Shown one piece after another: positions 16,671 through 26,526 of a stretch of 56,022 nt of DNA. The position numbers and the translations under genes were made by a program. Below the pieces are notes generated by a model. That model ran no database searches and was not told the DNA's origin. It worked only from the letters and a program-made list of their open reading frames with translations. Source of the DNA: an uncultured Chthoniobacterales bacterium (GTDB taxonomy: Bacteria; Verrucomicrobiota; Verrucomicrobiia; Chthoniobacterales; SZAS-18); contig CAXUIU010000001.1 in assembly GCA_964250955.1 (NCBI GenBank), positions 1 to 56,022 on the forward strand. The letters are read 5' to 3'. Each line of letters opens with the position of its first letter. The stretch's first letter is position 1.

Positions 16671-17656
16671 TGGAAACGCTCCTGCTCGACGCCCACGCGC
16701 CCGGCGCGACCGCCCGGGCCGTCGCGCTCCTGGCGGCCGGCGAACTCGTGGCGCTGCCGACTGAGACTGTCTATGGGTTAGCCGCCGATGCCGCTGATCC
16801 GCAGGCGCTCGCGGCGATCTTTCAGGCGAAAGAACGCCCGCTCTTTGATCCCCTCATCGTCCACTTGCCCGACCGCGGCTGGCTGGAACGCTTGACACAT
16901 TTCTATATCGCTCAGACCGCTCTCTTGCACCGGCTGACCGACGCTTTCTGGCCCGGCCCACTGACGATCCTCCAACCGCGCAACCCCGCTGCCGTGCCCG
17001 ACCTGGTGACGGCCGGCGGGCCGCTGGTCGCCTTGCGGATGAGCGCGCACCCGGTGTTCTGTGCGGTGGTGCAGAGTTTCGGCCGACCGCTGGCCGCGCC
17101 GAGCGCCAATCGCTTCGGCCGCATCAGCCCGACGACCGGCGCGCACGTCTTAGCCGAACTTGCCGGCCGGGTTCCGCTCATCCTCGACGCGGGAGCTTGC
17201 GCGCACGGACTCGAATCGACGGTGATTTTCCCCGGAGCCGATGGCCAGACGATCCGGATTTTACGTCATGGTCCCATCACCGCGGAAACTTTGGCGGCCT
17301 TCGCGCGGGTGGAGGCTCCCGCCGAGGTGGCCCGGCAGGCGTCGCCCGGCCAAACTCCCGGCCACTACGCGCCGCGCACGCCGTTGCGGTTCGTCGGCGA
17401 CGACCGAACGCACGGCGGCCGGGTGGGTTTGTTGGCCTACCGTCCGCGTCCGCAGGATGGACGCTTCGCCGCGGTTGAAACCCTCAGCGAGGACGGCGAC
17501 TTGCGCGTGGCGGCAGCCCGGCTCTTCGCGGCGTTGCGCCGGTTGGACGAAGCCGGGTTGGACCGCATCGAGGCCGAACGTGTGCCCGAAGAAGGGTTGG
17601 GACGCGCGATCATGGAACGCCTGCGCCGCGCGGCGGCGGGTTCCGGTCCGGCCTGA
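16670..17656 (+). CDS. L-threonylcarbamoyladenylate synthase (Sua5/TsaC2)
   Basis: VALPTETVYGLAADA, KERPLFDPLIVH, FWPGPLT, AAPSANRFG.SPT, GLESTV, plus a SUA5 C-terminal domain (PG...HYAP; GLGRAIMERL). ATG overlaps the upstream TGA. Confidence 0.95.
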   Translation: METLLLDAHAPGATARAVALLAAGELVALPTETVYGLAADAADPQALAAIFQAKERPLFDPLIVHLPDRGWLERLTHFYIAQTALLHRLTDAFWPGPLTILQPRNPAAVPDLVTAGGPLVALRMSAHPVFCAVVQSFGRPLAAPSANRFGRISPTTGAHVLAELAGRVPLILDAGACAHGLESTVIFPGADGQTIRILRHGPITAETLAAFARVEAPAEVARQASPGQTPGHYAPRTPLRFVGDDRTHGGRVGLLAYRPRPQDGRFAAVETLSEDGDLRVAAARLFAALRRLDEAGLDRIEAERVPEEGLGRAIMERLRRAAAGSGPA

Positions 17657-17699
17657 GGCTACGTCCGCGGGCGGGATGCGCTGCGTAGCAGTCTGCAAG

Positions 17700-17858
17700 A
17701 TGGCCACCAAAGCACCCGCGAAGAAAAAAGCGCCCGCCAAAAAGAAAGCTGCCTCGTCCAAGAAGTCAGGTGGCAGCGACCAATGCTGGCCGGGCTACGA
17801 GCACGTTCCCGGCAAAACGCCCGGCTCGAAGGGCAGTTGCAAGAAAAAGGGGAGCTGA
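17700..17858 (+). CDS. Small Lys/Ala-rich protein with a CWPGY...GSC motif (52 aa)
   Basis: MATKAPAKKKAPAKKKAASSKKSGGSDQCWPGYEHVPGKTPGSKGSCKKKGS; A-rich Lys codons in a GC-rich background; followed by a hairpin. Confidence 0.75.
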   Translation: MATKAPAKKKAPAKKKAASSKKSGGSDQCWPGYEHVPGKTPGSKGSCKKKGS

Positions 17859-17871
17859 CCCTTGGAGTGGT

Positions 17872-17907
17872 GAACATCCCGCCGGGATTGCGCCCGGGGG
17901 CATGTTC
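17872..17907 (+). terminator. Hairpin downstream of the small basic protein gene
   Basis: gaacat-ccc-g-ccggg / cccgg-ggg-c-atgttc imperfect inverted repeat; weak U-tract. Confidence 0.45.
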
Positions 17908-17922
17908 TGACACGTTCCGGGC

Positions 17923-19614
17923 GTGACCAGCCTGCCGAGCCGCGAAGTCAGCGCGCCATCCAGCACCCCGGAACTTACGCCCACCCCGGCCGATGCCACC
18001 GCCGCGCGCGGCAGCACCCGGGCGGCGGGCGTCGTTGGTCTCGCGGTGATGTGCAGCCGCGTGCTCGGGCTGGCGCGCGACCAGATTTTCGCCGGCCTCT
18101 TCGGAGCCGGTACCGGTACGGACGCGTTCCTGACGGCGTTCCGCGCGCCCAACCTCCTGCGCGACCTCTTCGCGGAGGGCGCACTCTCGACGGCGTTCGT
18201 CACGACTTTTTCCAAGAAGATTCAGCTCGAAGGCGACCGTTCGGCGTGGGGTCTCGCCAACAAGATGGCGACGCTCACGCTCGTCTTCATGAGCGCGGTC
18301 ACGCTGCTAGGCATCCTCCTGGCCGGACCTCTGATCGAGGTGCTCGGCGGCGGGTTCCACGCGGTGCCGGGCAAGTTCGAGCTGACCGTCCACCTGACGC
18401 GGATCATGTATCCGTTCATCCTGCTGGTGTCCTTGGCGGCTCTGGCGATGGGGATGCTCAACGCCAAGCACGTCTTCGGCGCACCGGCGATGGCGTCGAG
18501 CTTCTTTAACCTCGGCTCCATCGTCGGCGGCGTGGCGCTCGGGTGGTATCTGGACCCGCATTTCGCGCCCGAGCACATCGACCGCGCGCTGGTCGGGATG
18601 GCGGTGGGCACGCTCTTGGGTGGCTTCCTGCAATTCGCCGTGCAGCTTCCCGCGTTGGCGAAGGCGGGCTACCGGTTCATGCCGGACTTCCAATGGCGCG
18701 ACGAGGGCGTGCGCACCATCCTGCGCCTGATGGGGCCGGCCGTCGTCGCGGCGAGCGCCGTGCAGGTCAACGTGATGGTCAACGCCTCCTTCGCCAGCCA
18801 CCAGAGCAACGGCGCCGTGACATGGCTCAACAACTCCTTCCGCCTGATGCAGCTCCCGCTCGGGGTCTTCGGCGTGGCGATTGCGACCGTCACCCTGCCG
18901 CTGGTCAGCAAGGCTGCCGCCGTAGGGAACATGGGCGACTTCCGCACGACGCTGGCGAAGGCGTTGCGGCTCGCGTTTTTCCTGACGATCCCATCGGCCA
19001 TTGGGCTCATCTGCCTGGGCGAACCCATCATCTCACTGTTGTACCAGCACGGGCGGTTCACGATCCGCGCGGCGCACGCGACGGCGGCGGCTTTGCAGTT
19101 CTACGCGGTCGGGCTGGCGGCGTACTCGGGGATCAAGGTGCTTGCCCCGGCGTTCTATGCGCTGGACGCCCGGACCACGCCGATGACTGTGAGTTTCATC
19201 GCCATTGGCATCAATTTCGTGCTCAACGGTTTATTCACCTTCGGCCTGCGGTGGGGACACCAGGGGCTCGCGCTGTCCACGAGCCTGACCGCCATCGCCA
19301 ACTTCACCTTGCTCTACGTCCTGATGCGCCGGCGCGTCGGCGACCTGGAAAGCCGCGCGCTGCTGGTCATGTTCGCCAAGCTGGCCGTCGCCGGCGCGGG
19401 GCTCGCGGGCACGTGCCTGCTCGGCCAATGGCTGCTGCTAGACGGGTTCGATCACTTCCGGCTGGCGGAGAAGCTCTTCGGGCTGTTCACGGTGATCTTC
19501 GTGGCGGCCGGCGTGTTCTTTGCGGCGTGTTATTTCCTGCGCTTCGAGGAGATGCAGGAAGCCGTCGGACTCGTCACCCGCCGGCTGCGTCGGCGGACGG
19601 GGCAGGGGAGGTGA
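17923..19614 (+). CDS. murJ: Lipid II flippase MurJ (MviN)
   Basis: SRVLGLARD, DAFLTAFRAPNLLRDLFAEGALSTAFV, RLMQLPLGVFG; about 14 TM segments. Confidence 0.96.
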   Translation: MTSLPSREVSAPSSTPELTPTPADATAARGSTRAAGVVGLAVMCSRVLGLARDQIFAGLFGAGTGTDAFLTAFRAPNLLRDLFAEGALSTAFVTTFSKKIQLEGDRSAWGLANKMATLTLVFMSAVTLLGILLAGPLIEVLGGGFHAVPGKFELTVHLTRIMYPFILLVSLAALAMGMLNAKHVFGAPAMASSFFNLGSIVGGVALGWYLDPHFAPEHIDRALVGMAVGTLLGGFLQFAVQLPALAKAGYRFMPDFQWRDEGVRTILRLMGPAVVAASAVQVNVMVNASFASHQSNGAVTWLNNSFRLMQLPLGVFGVAIATVTLPLVSKAAAVGNMGDFRTTLAKALRLAFFLTIPSAIGLICLGEPIISLLYQHGRFTIRAAHATAAALQFYAVGLAAYSGIKVLAPAFYALDARTTPMTVSFIAIGINFVLNGLFTFGLRWGHQGLALSTSLTAIANFTLLYVLMRRRVGDLESRALLVMFAKLAVAGAGLAGTCLLGQWLLLDGFDHFRLAEKLFGLFTVIFVAAGVFFAACYFLRFEEMQEAVGLVTRRLRRRTGQGR

Positions 19615-19653
19615 CGGGCTTGCCCGGGTCGGGGGGTGAGGCTAGAATTTCTC

Positions 19654-20928
19654 ATGTTTACCCCCCCTGCCATCTACGCGGACCCGGCCTTTGAAATGGC
19701 CTGCGAACAGTTCCGCCTGATCGCCGATTATCTCGATATTTCCCGGAACGACCGCGACCGGCTGCTCCTGCCCAAGCGCGCCATCACGGTGGCGCTGCCC
19801 ATCCACCGCGACGACGGCTCGACGACCGTTTTCACCGGCTACCGCGTGCAGCACCACCTCACGATGGGGCCGACCAAGGGCGGCACGCGCTTCGCCCCGA
19901 GCGTGAACCTGGGCGAGATCGCCGCACTCTCGATCTGGATGAGCTGGAAGTGCGCGCTCGCCGGTCTGCCTTACGGCGGCGCGAAGGGCGGTGTCACCGT
20001 CAGCCCGCGCGACCTGTCGATCCGCGAACTGGAGGCGGTCAGCCGGCGCTACATGCAGGAGATGATCCCCTTCGTCGGCCCGCACACGGACATCATGGGA
20101 CCAGACATGGGCACCAACGAGCAGGTCATGGCGTGGCTCATGGACACCTACAGCGTCCACATGGGGCACACGGTCAGTGGCATCGTGACGGGCAAACCGG
20201 CGTTCCTGGGTGGCTCGGCCGGCCGGCGCGAATCGACCGGGCGCGGTGTCGCGTTCCTGATCGAGCGCGCGTTGGACACCCTCAAAATCAAACCCGGCGG
20301 CTGCACCGCCATCGTGCAGGGTTACGGCAACGTCGGCTCGGTCGCGGCGGAGAGTTTTTACTACAAGTCGGGTGTCAAGATCGTTGGCCTGTCGGATGCG
20401 TACGCGGCGTTCTACGACCCGAAAGGGATCGACCTGAAGGCCGTGTCCAATCACCTCCAGAACCACCGGGACTTGATCGGGTTCCAGGGCGCGGACTCCA
20501 TCGACCCGGAAGAAATGCTCATCCAGCCGTGTGACATCCTCATCCCGGCGGCAGTGGACCGCGTCATCCACGGCGGCAACGCCGGCAAGCTGAAATGCCG
20601 CATCCTCGCCGAAGGGGCCAACGGCCCGACGACCCCGGAGGCCGACGTGATCCTCGACCAGCGTTGGGACGAGATTCACGTCATCCCCGACATCCTCTGC
20701 AACGCCGGCGGCGTGATCGTCAGCTACTTCGAGTGGGTGCAGGACCTCCAGAACTTCTTCTGGAACGAGACGGAGATCGCCGACAAGCTCTTCCGCATCA
20801 TGGACGGAGCGTTCTCCGCCGTCGTCAAACGCGCCAAGGCCGAGAAGATTTCCCACCGCAAAGCCGCTTTGGCCATCGCGGTCGAGCGCGTGCTCAAGGC
20901 CAAGCAGACGCGCGGGCTGTTCCCGTGA
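19654..20928 (+). CDS. gdhA: Glu/Leu/Phe/Val dehydrogenase, probably glutamate dehydrogenase
   Basis: [68 protein letters not shown]. Confidence 0.93.
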   Translation: MFTPPAIYADPAFEMACEQFRLIADYLDISRNDRDRLLLPKRAITVALPIHRDDGSTTVFTGYRVQHHLTMGPTKGGTRFAPSVNLGEIAALSIWMSWKCALAGLPYGGAKGGVTVSPRDLSIRELEAVSRRYMQEMIPFVGPHTDIMGPDMGTNEQVMAWLMDTYSVHMGHTVSGIVTGKPAFLGGSAGRRESTGRGVAFLIERALDTLKIKPGGCTAIVQGYGNVGSVAAESFYYKSGVKIVGLSDAYAAFYDPKGIDLKAVSNHLQNHRDLIGFQGADSIDPEEMLIQPCDILIPAAVDRVIHGGNAGKLKCRILAEGANGPTTPEADVILDQRWDEIHVIPDILCNAGGVIVSYFEWVQDLQNFFWNETEIADKLFRIMDGAFSAVVKRAKAEKISHRKAALAIAVERVLKAKQTRGLFP

Positions 20929-20946
20929 CGCGACCCTGCCGGCGGG

Positions 20947-21492
20947 TCAATAGATAGACTTTTCCTTCTCCTGACGCTCAGGACGCTCAGGAGTGAGAAA
21001 GTCGGGATTGTCGGAAAGACGGTACAGTGAACGCCGACAGAACCCGACGGCCCAAGGCGTCATCTTGTCGAACCACTGCGAGGCGCGCACGTACGCGATC
21101 AGGCTCGACCAGAACCGCGCACTCGCTACGATGGCAATGGTCCCGGCGGTCCACCCGACGATGGCCGACTTGGTCGGGGCAATGGCGGCCGGGAACTTCA
21201 CGGCGATCACCCAAGCCACGACTCCGATGAGGCTACTGTAGATGAGCATGGTGGAAAGCTGGCTGCGGCCGAGCATCCAGTAGAAACGCTCCGGCGGCAC
21301 CGGGGCGCGGCGGCGCGACATGCCGCCGAGTTCGAGGCGCTGAACGAGCTGGAGGTAGTCCGCCCAGGCCAGGAGGGGGATCGCGGCGGAAGCGACCAGG
21401 ATCGTCGGGAACGCCGGCAGGGCGGTGACGTATTCCCAAATCGCCCCGAGCAGGAGGCCGAACAGACCACAGAGGAAGAGGAGTTCAAACAT
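20947..21492 (-). CDS. Hypothetical membrane protein (about 4 TM)
   Basis: Hydrophobic stretches from [12 protein letters not shown]; start trimmed to ATG at 21492; no family recognised. Confidence 0.7.
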   Translation of the reverse strand: MFELLFLCGLFGLLLGAIWEYVTALPAFPTILVASAAIPLLAWADYLQLVQRLELGGMSRRRAPVPPERFYWMLGRSQLSTMLIYSSLIGVVAWVIAVKFPAAIAPTKSAIVGWTAGTIAIVASARFWSSLIAYVRASQWFDKMTPWAVGFCRRSLYRLSDNPDFLTPERPERQEKEKSIY

Positions 21493-21619
21493 GGGAGGAA
21501 AACCGGGCGGAGGGCCGAGCGTCTCACCGGAAACAGCGCGCCGGCGGGAACTTCTTCTTTTATACGATGCGGCGAGGCGTTTGGCAACGCTGCGCCACAA
21601 CGTTATCTTGCCTTTTTCG

Positions 21620-21949
21620 ATGCCCGCAACCTATTTCCAATGCCAACGCTGCACGAACTGCTGCCGCTGGCCCGGTTTCGTCAAGGTGGATGACGCCGAC
21701 ATCACGGCCATCGCCATGTACCTGGGGCTCTCGGAGCACGACTTCATCCAACGCTACACGCGCCTGCGCCCACAGCGCGACGGGCTGGCGCTGATCGACA
21801 AGCCAAACGGCGAATGCATCTTCCTGCAAGGGTGTGATTGTGCCGTGCAGGCGGTCAAGCCGGGGCAATGCCGCGGTTTCCCGAACATCTGGAACTTCCC
21901 CGGCTGGCGCGAGGTGTGCGAAGCCGTGCCGGTCGGGACCGCACCTTAA
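21620..21949 (+). CDS. YkgJ-family cysteine-cluster protein
   Basis: FQCQRCTNCC...CIFL...C.V..VKPGQCRGFP...C pattern. Confidence 0.9.
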   Translation: MPATYFQCQRCTNCCRWPGFVKVDDADITAIAMYLGLSEHDFIQRYTRLRPQRDGLALIDKPNGECIFLQGCDCAVQAVKPGQCRGFPNIWNFPGWREVCEAVPVGTAP

Positions 21950-22947
21950 CCGACGGTCAGCACGATCTTGCCAAACTGATCGGCCTTTTCCATCGCTTCA
22001 AGCGCGGCATTGCCCTCCGCCAGTGGGAACGTGTGGCTGGCGAGCGGCACGATTTGCTTCTCCGCCACGAACGAGGTCATCGCCGCGAAGTCTCCCGGGC
22101 TGCCCATCGTCGAGCCGAAGATGGAAAGCTGTTTCCAGAACACCCGACGCATCGGGAACTTCGCCGGGTCGCCCGCCGTCGCGCCAAAGAACGCGATCCG
22201 CCCGCCGGGCGCGGCGAGTTCGATCAATTGCAAAAAGCCCGGCCCGCCGGCGCTGTCAATCGTCACGTCGAACGGGCCGCCGGCCTGTTCCCTGAGCGTG
22301 TCAGCCCACTTCTCGGCCTTGTAGTTGACGCCGCCAGCCGCGCCGAGTTCCACCGCGCGCTTAATCTTGTCCTCCGAGCCGCTCGTCACGAACACCGTCG
22401 CGCCCGCCGCCACGGCGAACTGCAAGGCGAACAGCGCCGCCCCGCCGCCCGCTCCCGTGATGAGCACGCGCTCCCCGCCGCGCAGTCCGGCGCGCGAAAA
22501 GAGCGCCCGGTAAGCCGTCAATCCTGCCAGCGGCAGCGCCGCCGCCTGCGCCGCGTCGAGGTGCGCGGGTCGGTCCACGAGGGCACTCGCAGGCACCTTG
22601 ACCTTCTCCGCGAACGTCCCGTCGTCGGGCAGTCCGAGGATGCGGAACGCGTCGGCTTGCGCCTCCTTGCGCGTGCCCCAATCCAGGCCGGGGTTGATGA
22701 TGACTTGGCGCCCGGCCCACGAGCCATCCGCGCCTTCGCCGACACTCTCCACGACGCCGCAACCGTCCGAGCCGAGGATGACCGGGAACTTCAGCCCGGC
22801 GTATTGACCCTTCTGAATCCACAGGTCGCGGTGGTTGAGCGCGGCGGCCTCTACTCGCACGACTACCTCGCCCGGACCCGCGGCCGGGTCGGCGACTTCC
22901 TGCAACGAGAGAGGCTGGTTGACGCCGCTAAGGACGAGAGCTTTCAT
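21946..22947 (-). CDS. MDR-family NAD(P)H-dependent quinone oxidoreductase / alcohol dehydrogenase-like protein
   Basis: ALNHRD, ILGSDGCGVV, AAALPLAGLTAYRAL, VLITGAGGG, GSTMGS, GKIVL. Confidence 0.9.
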   Translation of the reverse strand: MKALVLSGVNQPLSLQEVADPAAGPGEVVVRVEAAALNHRDLWIQKGQYAGLKFPVILGSDGCGVVESVGEGADGSWAGRQVIINPGLDWGTRKEAQADAFRILGLPDDGTFAEKVKVPASALVDRPAHLDAAQAAALPLAGLTAYRALFSRAGLRGGERVLITGAGGGAALFALQFAVAAGATVFVTSGSEDKIKRAVELGAAGGVNYKAEKWADTLREQAGGPFDVTIDSAGGPGFLQLIELAAPGGRIAFFGATAGDPAKFPMRRVFWKQLSIFGSTMGSPGDFAAMTSFVAEKQIVPLASHTFPLAEGNAALEAMEKADQFGKIVLTVG

Positions 22948-23031
22948 GCCGGGACGTTACGACGGCGCGCCCCGGCCGCAAGGTGCGGGGTGGACACGCC
23001 CGGGGGATCGGTCGAAGGTACCATCATCCCG

Positions 23032-23877
23032 ATGAAAGTTGTGCGATCCGTGGCCGCCATGACGCGGCTTTCGGCAGCCTGGAACTCCCGCGTCGTCCTT
23101 GTGCCGACGATGGGCGCGCTCCACGCCGGCCATTTCTCGCTGATCGACCGTGCCCGCCGCGCCGCCGGCCCCGGCGGGACCGTCGTGGTCAGCATCTTCG
23201 TCAACCCTCTCCAGTTCGGTCCGAATGAAGACCTCTCGCGCTACCCGCGGCCGCTGCGGCGCGACCTGACGCTTTGCCGCGAGCGCGGGGTGGACCTCGT
23301 CTTTCACCCCGACCCGGAGGGGATGTACGCGCCGGGGCGTTCAGTGGCGGTGGACGAGACACTGCTCACCGGCGGACTTTGCGGGCGTTCGCGGCCGGGG
23401 CATTTTTCCGGGGTTTGCACGGTGGTCGCCAAGCTCTTCAATCTCGTGCGCCCGCACGCGGCGGTGTTCGGGCAGAAGGACTACCAGCAGCTCGCGGTCA
23501 TCCGGCGAATGGTGCGCGACCTCAACTTTCCATTGGAAATCATCGGCAGCGAAACCGTCCGCGAACCCGACGGCCTCGCGCTGAGTTCGCGCAACGTCTA
23601 CCTCACGCCCGACGAACGCACCCAGGCCCCGACCCTGCGCCGTGCGCTCCTGCTGGCGGGCAAACGCGTGCGGGCGGGCGAACGCGACACTGCCAAGCTG
23701 CGCGCCGTCATCGAGACCGAACTCGCCACCGCCCCGCTCGGCCGCGTGGACTACGCCGAGGTCGTGGACGCCGACGATCTCCAACCCGTCGCGCGCGTCG
23801 AGCGTCGCGCCCTGCTGGCCCTGGCGGTGAAGTTTGGCCGCACACGCCTGATCGATAACCTCGTCGTCTCCCCATGA
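23032..23877 (+). CDS. panC: Pantoate--beta-alanine ligase
   Basis: VPTMGALHAGH, SIFVNPLQFG, SRPGHFSGV, FGQKDYQQ, REPDGLALSSRN, RLIDN. Start trimmed to ATG at 23032. Confidence 0.97.
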   Translation: MKVVRSVAAMTRLSAAWNSRVVLVPTMGALHAGHFSLIDRARRAAGPGGTVVVSIFVNPLQFGPNEDLSRYPRPLRRDLTLCRERGVDLVFHPDPEGMYAPGRSVAVDETLLTGGLCGRSRPGHFSGVCTVVAKLFNLVRPHAAVFGQKDYQQLAVIRRMVRDLNFPLEIIGSETVREPDGLALSSRNVYLTPDERTQAPTLRRALLLAGKRVRAGERDTAKLRAVIETELATAPLGRVDYAEVVDADDLQPVARVERRALLALAVKFGRTRLIDNLVVSP

Positions 23878-25490
23878 AAACTTTCGACTTCATCGTGATC
23901 GGCAGCGGCGTGGCCGGGTTGACCTTCGCGCTGAAGGCCTCGCGCCACGGGCAGGTCGCCATCATCACCAAGCGCGGCCCCGCCGACACCAACACTGCGT
24001 GGGCGCAAGGCGGGGTGGCGTGCGTGTGGAGCAGCGAGGATTCGCTGGACCTGCACGTCCAGGATACGCTCGAAGCGGGCGCCGGCCTGTGCGACGAGGC
24101 CGCCGTGCGCGCCATCGTCGGCGACGGCCCGGCGCGCATCCGCGAACTGATCGCCCTTGGCGTTCACTTCGACGAAAAGGAAGCGCCCGACGGCAACGGC
24201 GGCAACGCGCACGAACTCGACCTCACCCGCGAGGGCGGCCACTCGCGCCGACGCGTTCTGCACTCGCGCGACACCACGGGCCGCGAGATCGAGGAAACGC
24301 TCCTGCGCGCGGTGACCTCGGACCCGAACATCACCGTCCTGGACCACCACATCGCGGTCGACCTCATCACGAGCGCCAAGCTCGGGTTCGCCAGCGAGAA
24401 CCGCTGCCTCGGCGTGTACGTCCTCAACGAGCAGACCGGCGAGGTCGAGACCTTCCGCACGATGCGCTTGGTTCTCGCCACGGGCGGCTGCGGCAAGGTG
24501 TACCTCTACACGACGAACCCGAGCGTGGCGACGGGCGACGGGGTAGCCATCGGCTGGCGGGCAGGCGCGGCGGTGGCGGACATGGAGTTCATCCAGTTTC
24601 ACCCGACGTGCCTGTTCCACCCGGAGGCACGCTCGTTCCTGATCTCGGAAGCGGTGCGTGGGGAGGGGGGCATCCTCAAGAACAGCAAGGGCGAGCCGTT
24701 CATGGACCAGTACCACCCGCTGAAGTCCCTCGCGCCGCGCGACATCGTGGCCCGTGCCATCGACGCCGAGATGAAACGCTCGGGCGAGAAGTGCGTGTAC
24801 CTCGACATCACCCACCAGCCGGCGGAGTTCATCAAAGGGCACTTCCCGAACATCTACGAGACCTGTCTGCGCTACGGTATTGACATCACCCGGCAGCCGA
24901 TCCCGGTGGTGCCGGCGGCACACTACCAGTGTGGCGGCGTGCGTACTGACCTCGACGGCGCGACGAACATCGCCGGCCTCTACGCCGTCGGCGAGGTCGC
25001 CTGCACGGGGCTGCACGGTGCGAACCGGCTGGCGAGCAACTCCCTCTTGGAAGGACTCGTCATGGCCCATCGCGCTTGTGAAGCGTCGCTGCGGCGCGAG
25101 CCGTTCAAGGGACGCTCCTTCCAGAGCTACGAAGTGCCCGAGTGGAAGAGCGGGCTGGTGTCGAACATCGACGAGCTGGTCGTCGTCTACCACAATTGGG
25201 ACGAAATCCGCCACCTGATGTGGGACTACGTCGGCATCGTGCGCACCGACAAGCGTCTCCAGCGCGCCGCCGCCCGGCTGCGCAACCTCCAGGCCGAGGT
25301 GCAGGAGTTCTACTGGAACTTCAGAGTGACGACCGACTTGCTGGAGTTGCGTAACCTCGTCACGGCCGCCTCGCTCATCGTGGACAGCGCACTCAGCCGC
25401 CGCGAGAGCCGCGGATTGCACTACACCCTGGACTACCCCGAAACCGACACCGCACATCCCCCGCGCGACACGGTGTTGCGGCGGTATTAG
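23874..25490 (+). CDS. nadB: L-aspartate oxidase
   Basis: IGSGVAGL, WAQGGVA, REGGHSRRR, FIQFHPT, LISEAVRGEG, HGANRLASNSLLE, RRESRGLH. Confidence 0.96.
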   Translation: MKTFDFIVIGSGVAGLTFALKASRHGQVAIITKRGPADTNTAWAQGGVACVWSSEDSLDLHVQDTLEAGAGLCDEAAVRAIVGDGPARIRELIALGVHFDEKEAPDGNGGNAHELDLTREGGHSRRRVLHSRDTTGREIEETLLRAVTSDPNITVLDHHIAVDLITSAKLGFASENRCLGVYVLNEQTGEVETFRTMRLVLATGGCGKVYLYTTNPSVATGDGVAIGWRAGAAVADMEFIQFHPTCLFHPEARSFLISEAVRGEGGILKNSKGEPFMDQYHPLKSLAPRDIVARAIDAEMKRSGEKCVYLDITHQPAEFIKGHFPNIYETCLRYGIDITRQPIPVVPAAHYQCGGVRTDLDGATNIAGLYAVGEVACTGLHGANRLASNSLLEGLVMAHRACEASLRREPFKGRSFQSYEVPEWKSGLVSNIDELVVVYHNWDEIRHLMWDYVGIVRTDKRLQRAAARLRNLQAEVQEFYWNFRVTTDLLELRNLVTAASLIVDSALSRRESRGLHYTLDYPETDTAHPPRDTVLRRY

Positions 25491-25589
25491 CGGTCTCCCC
25501 GGCCAGCTTCCAAGAAGCTGCTCGCGCGCCTCTTAGCCGGGCAGAAACCTCTTGCCAAAAAGCCCGTTCAGGCCGATGGGAGCGCCCTT

Positions 25590-26462
25590 GTGAAAACCGA
25601 GTTCGTACCCTCCCTTTTCCGCCGTGCCGGGACTGTCGCGCTGGGCGTCGCTTCGGCGTTGACGCTCGCCACGACGCTCCACGCGCAGGGGAGCAGCAGC
25701 GCGCTGGACTTCGAGCGCCGCGCCCGACTCCTGCGCGCCGACGCCTTGGCAGCCACGGTCGAACCGAGGGTCAACGTGCCCACCACCGGCCTCCAGACCC
25801 GCAGCGGCGGGCCGTCGCTTTTCGCCGGCAGCCGCTACCCGTGGAAGGAGAACATCGTCACGACGATATTCTGGATCGGCGAGCGCCCGACCGCACGCAA
25901 CCCGACGCCCAACCATGCGAGTTGCTGGGATTCCAACTGGGCCGGCAACTTCGGCGGCTACGACGACCCGGAGCCTTCGGCGCGGCGCAACTACTGCCCG
26001 GCGACGTTCACCCCGCACCAGAACCCGTTTTACTTCGCGCTGCCCTACAACGACGTGACCCGCGGCACGACCAAGCCCGAGGCCAAGGTCCTTATCCCGT
26101 GGTTCCGCCAGAACTTCGAGCAGGAAGGGCACACGGTTTGCAAGGACCGCTGGATCGCCATCATGCGCGGGGGGCGCACCTGCTACGCGCAGTGGGAGGA
26201 CTGCGGACCCTTCCGCACAGACCACTATCAGTACGTCTTCGGCAACGAGCGGCCCCGACCCAACCTCAACGGTGGCGCGGGTCTGGACGTGTCGCCGGCC
26301 GTGCGTGATTTCCTCGGGATGCCCAACGGCTCGGACCTGACCTCGTGGCGGTTCGTGGAGTTGAACGAGGTGCCGGCCGGCCCGTGGCAGCTCTACGGCG
26401 ACAACAACCCCTTTGCCAACGGCGCCGCGCGGCGTTCCGGGGGCGGGCCCTTCGGGGGTTGA
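25590..26462 (+). CDS. Exported hypothetical protein, possible DPBB/RlpA-like fold
   Basis: Signal-like N terminus; TIFWIGE, NPFYFALPYND, YAQWEDCGPF and GLDVSPAVRDFLG resemble double-psi beta-barrel glycan-active domains. Confidence 0.6.
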   Translation: MKTEFVPSLFRRAGTVALGVASALTLATTLHAQGSSSALDFERRARLLRADALAATVEPRVNVPTTGLQTRSGGPSLFAGSRYPWKENIVTTIFWIGERPTARNPTPNHASCWDSNWAGNFGGYDDPEPSARRNYCPATFTPHQNPFYFALPYNDVTRGTTKPEAKVLIPWFRQNFEQEGHTVCKDRWIAIMRGGRTCYAQWEDCGPFRTDHYQYVFGNERPRPNLNGGAGLDVSPAVRDFLGMPNGSDLTSWRFVELNEVPAGPWQLYGDNNPFANGAARRSGGGPFGG

Positions 26463-26520
26463 GAAAAAGACGCGGCGGGCGCCACGCGCCGGGTTTGACC
26501 CCGATGCGCGCGCCGCCCGC
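26463..26520 (-). terminator. Putative terminator of rnpB
   Basis: Long GC-rich imperfect inverted repeat followed on the minus strand by tcttttt. Confidence 0.4.
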
Positions 26521-26526
26521 CGGGCG

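Noticed and set aside
14975-17656. 893-aa ORF suggesting a giant Sua5 fusion
   Set aside because: The upstream 565 codons lie antisense to queG, aroK and csp and overlap the PurE-like gene. The real gene starts at ATG 16670.
21838-23877. 679-aa ORF suggesting a PanC fusion
   Set aside because: The N-terminal part is the antisense shadow of the MDR oxidoreductase. PanC starts at 23032.
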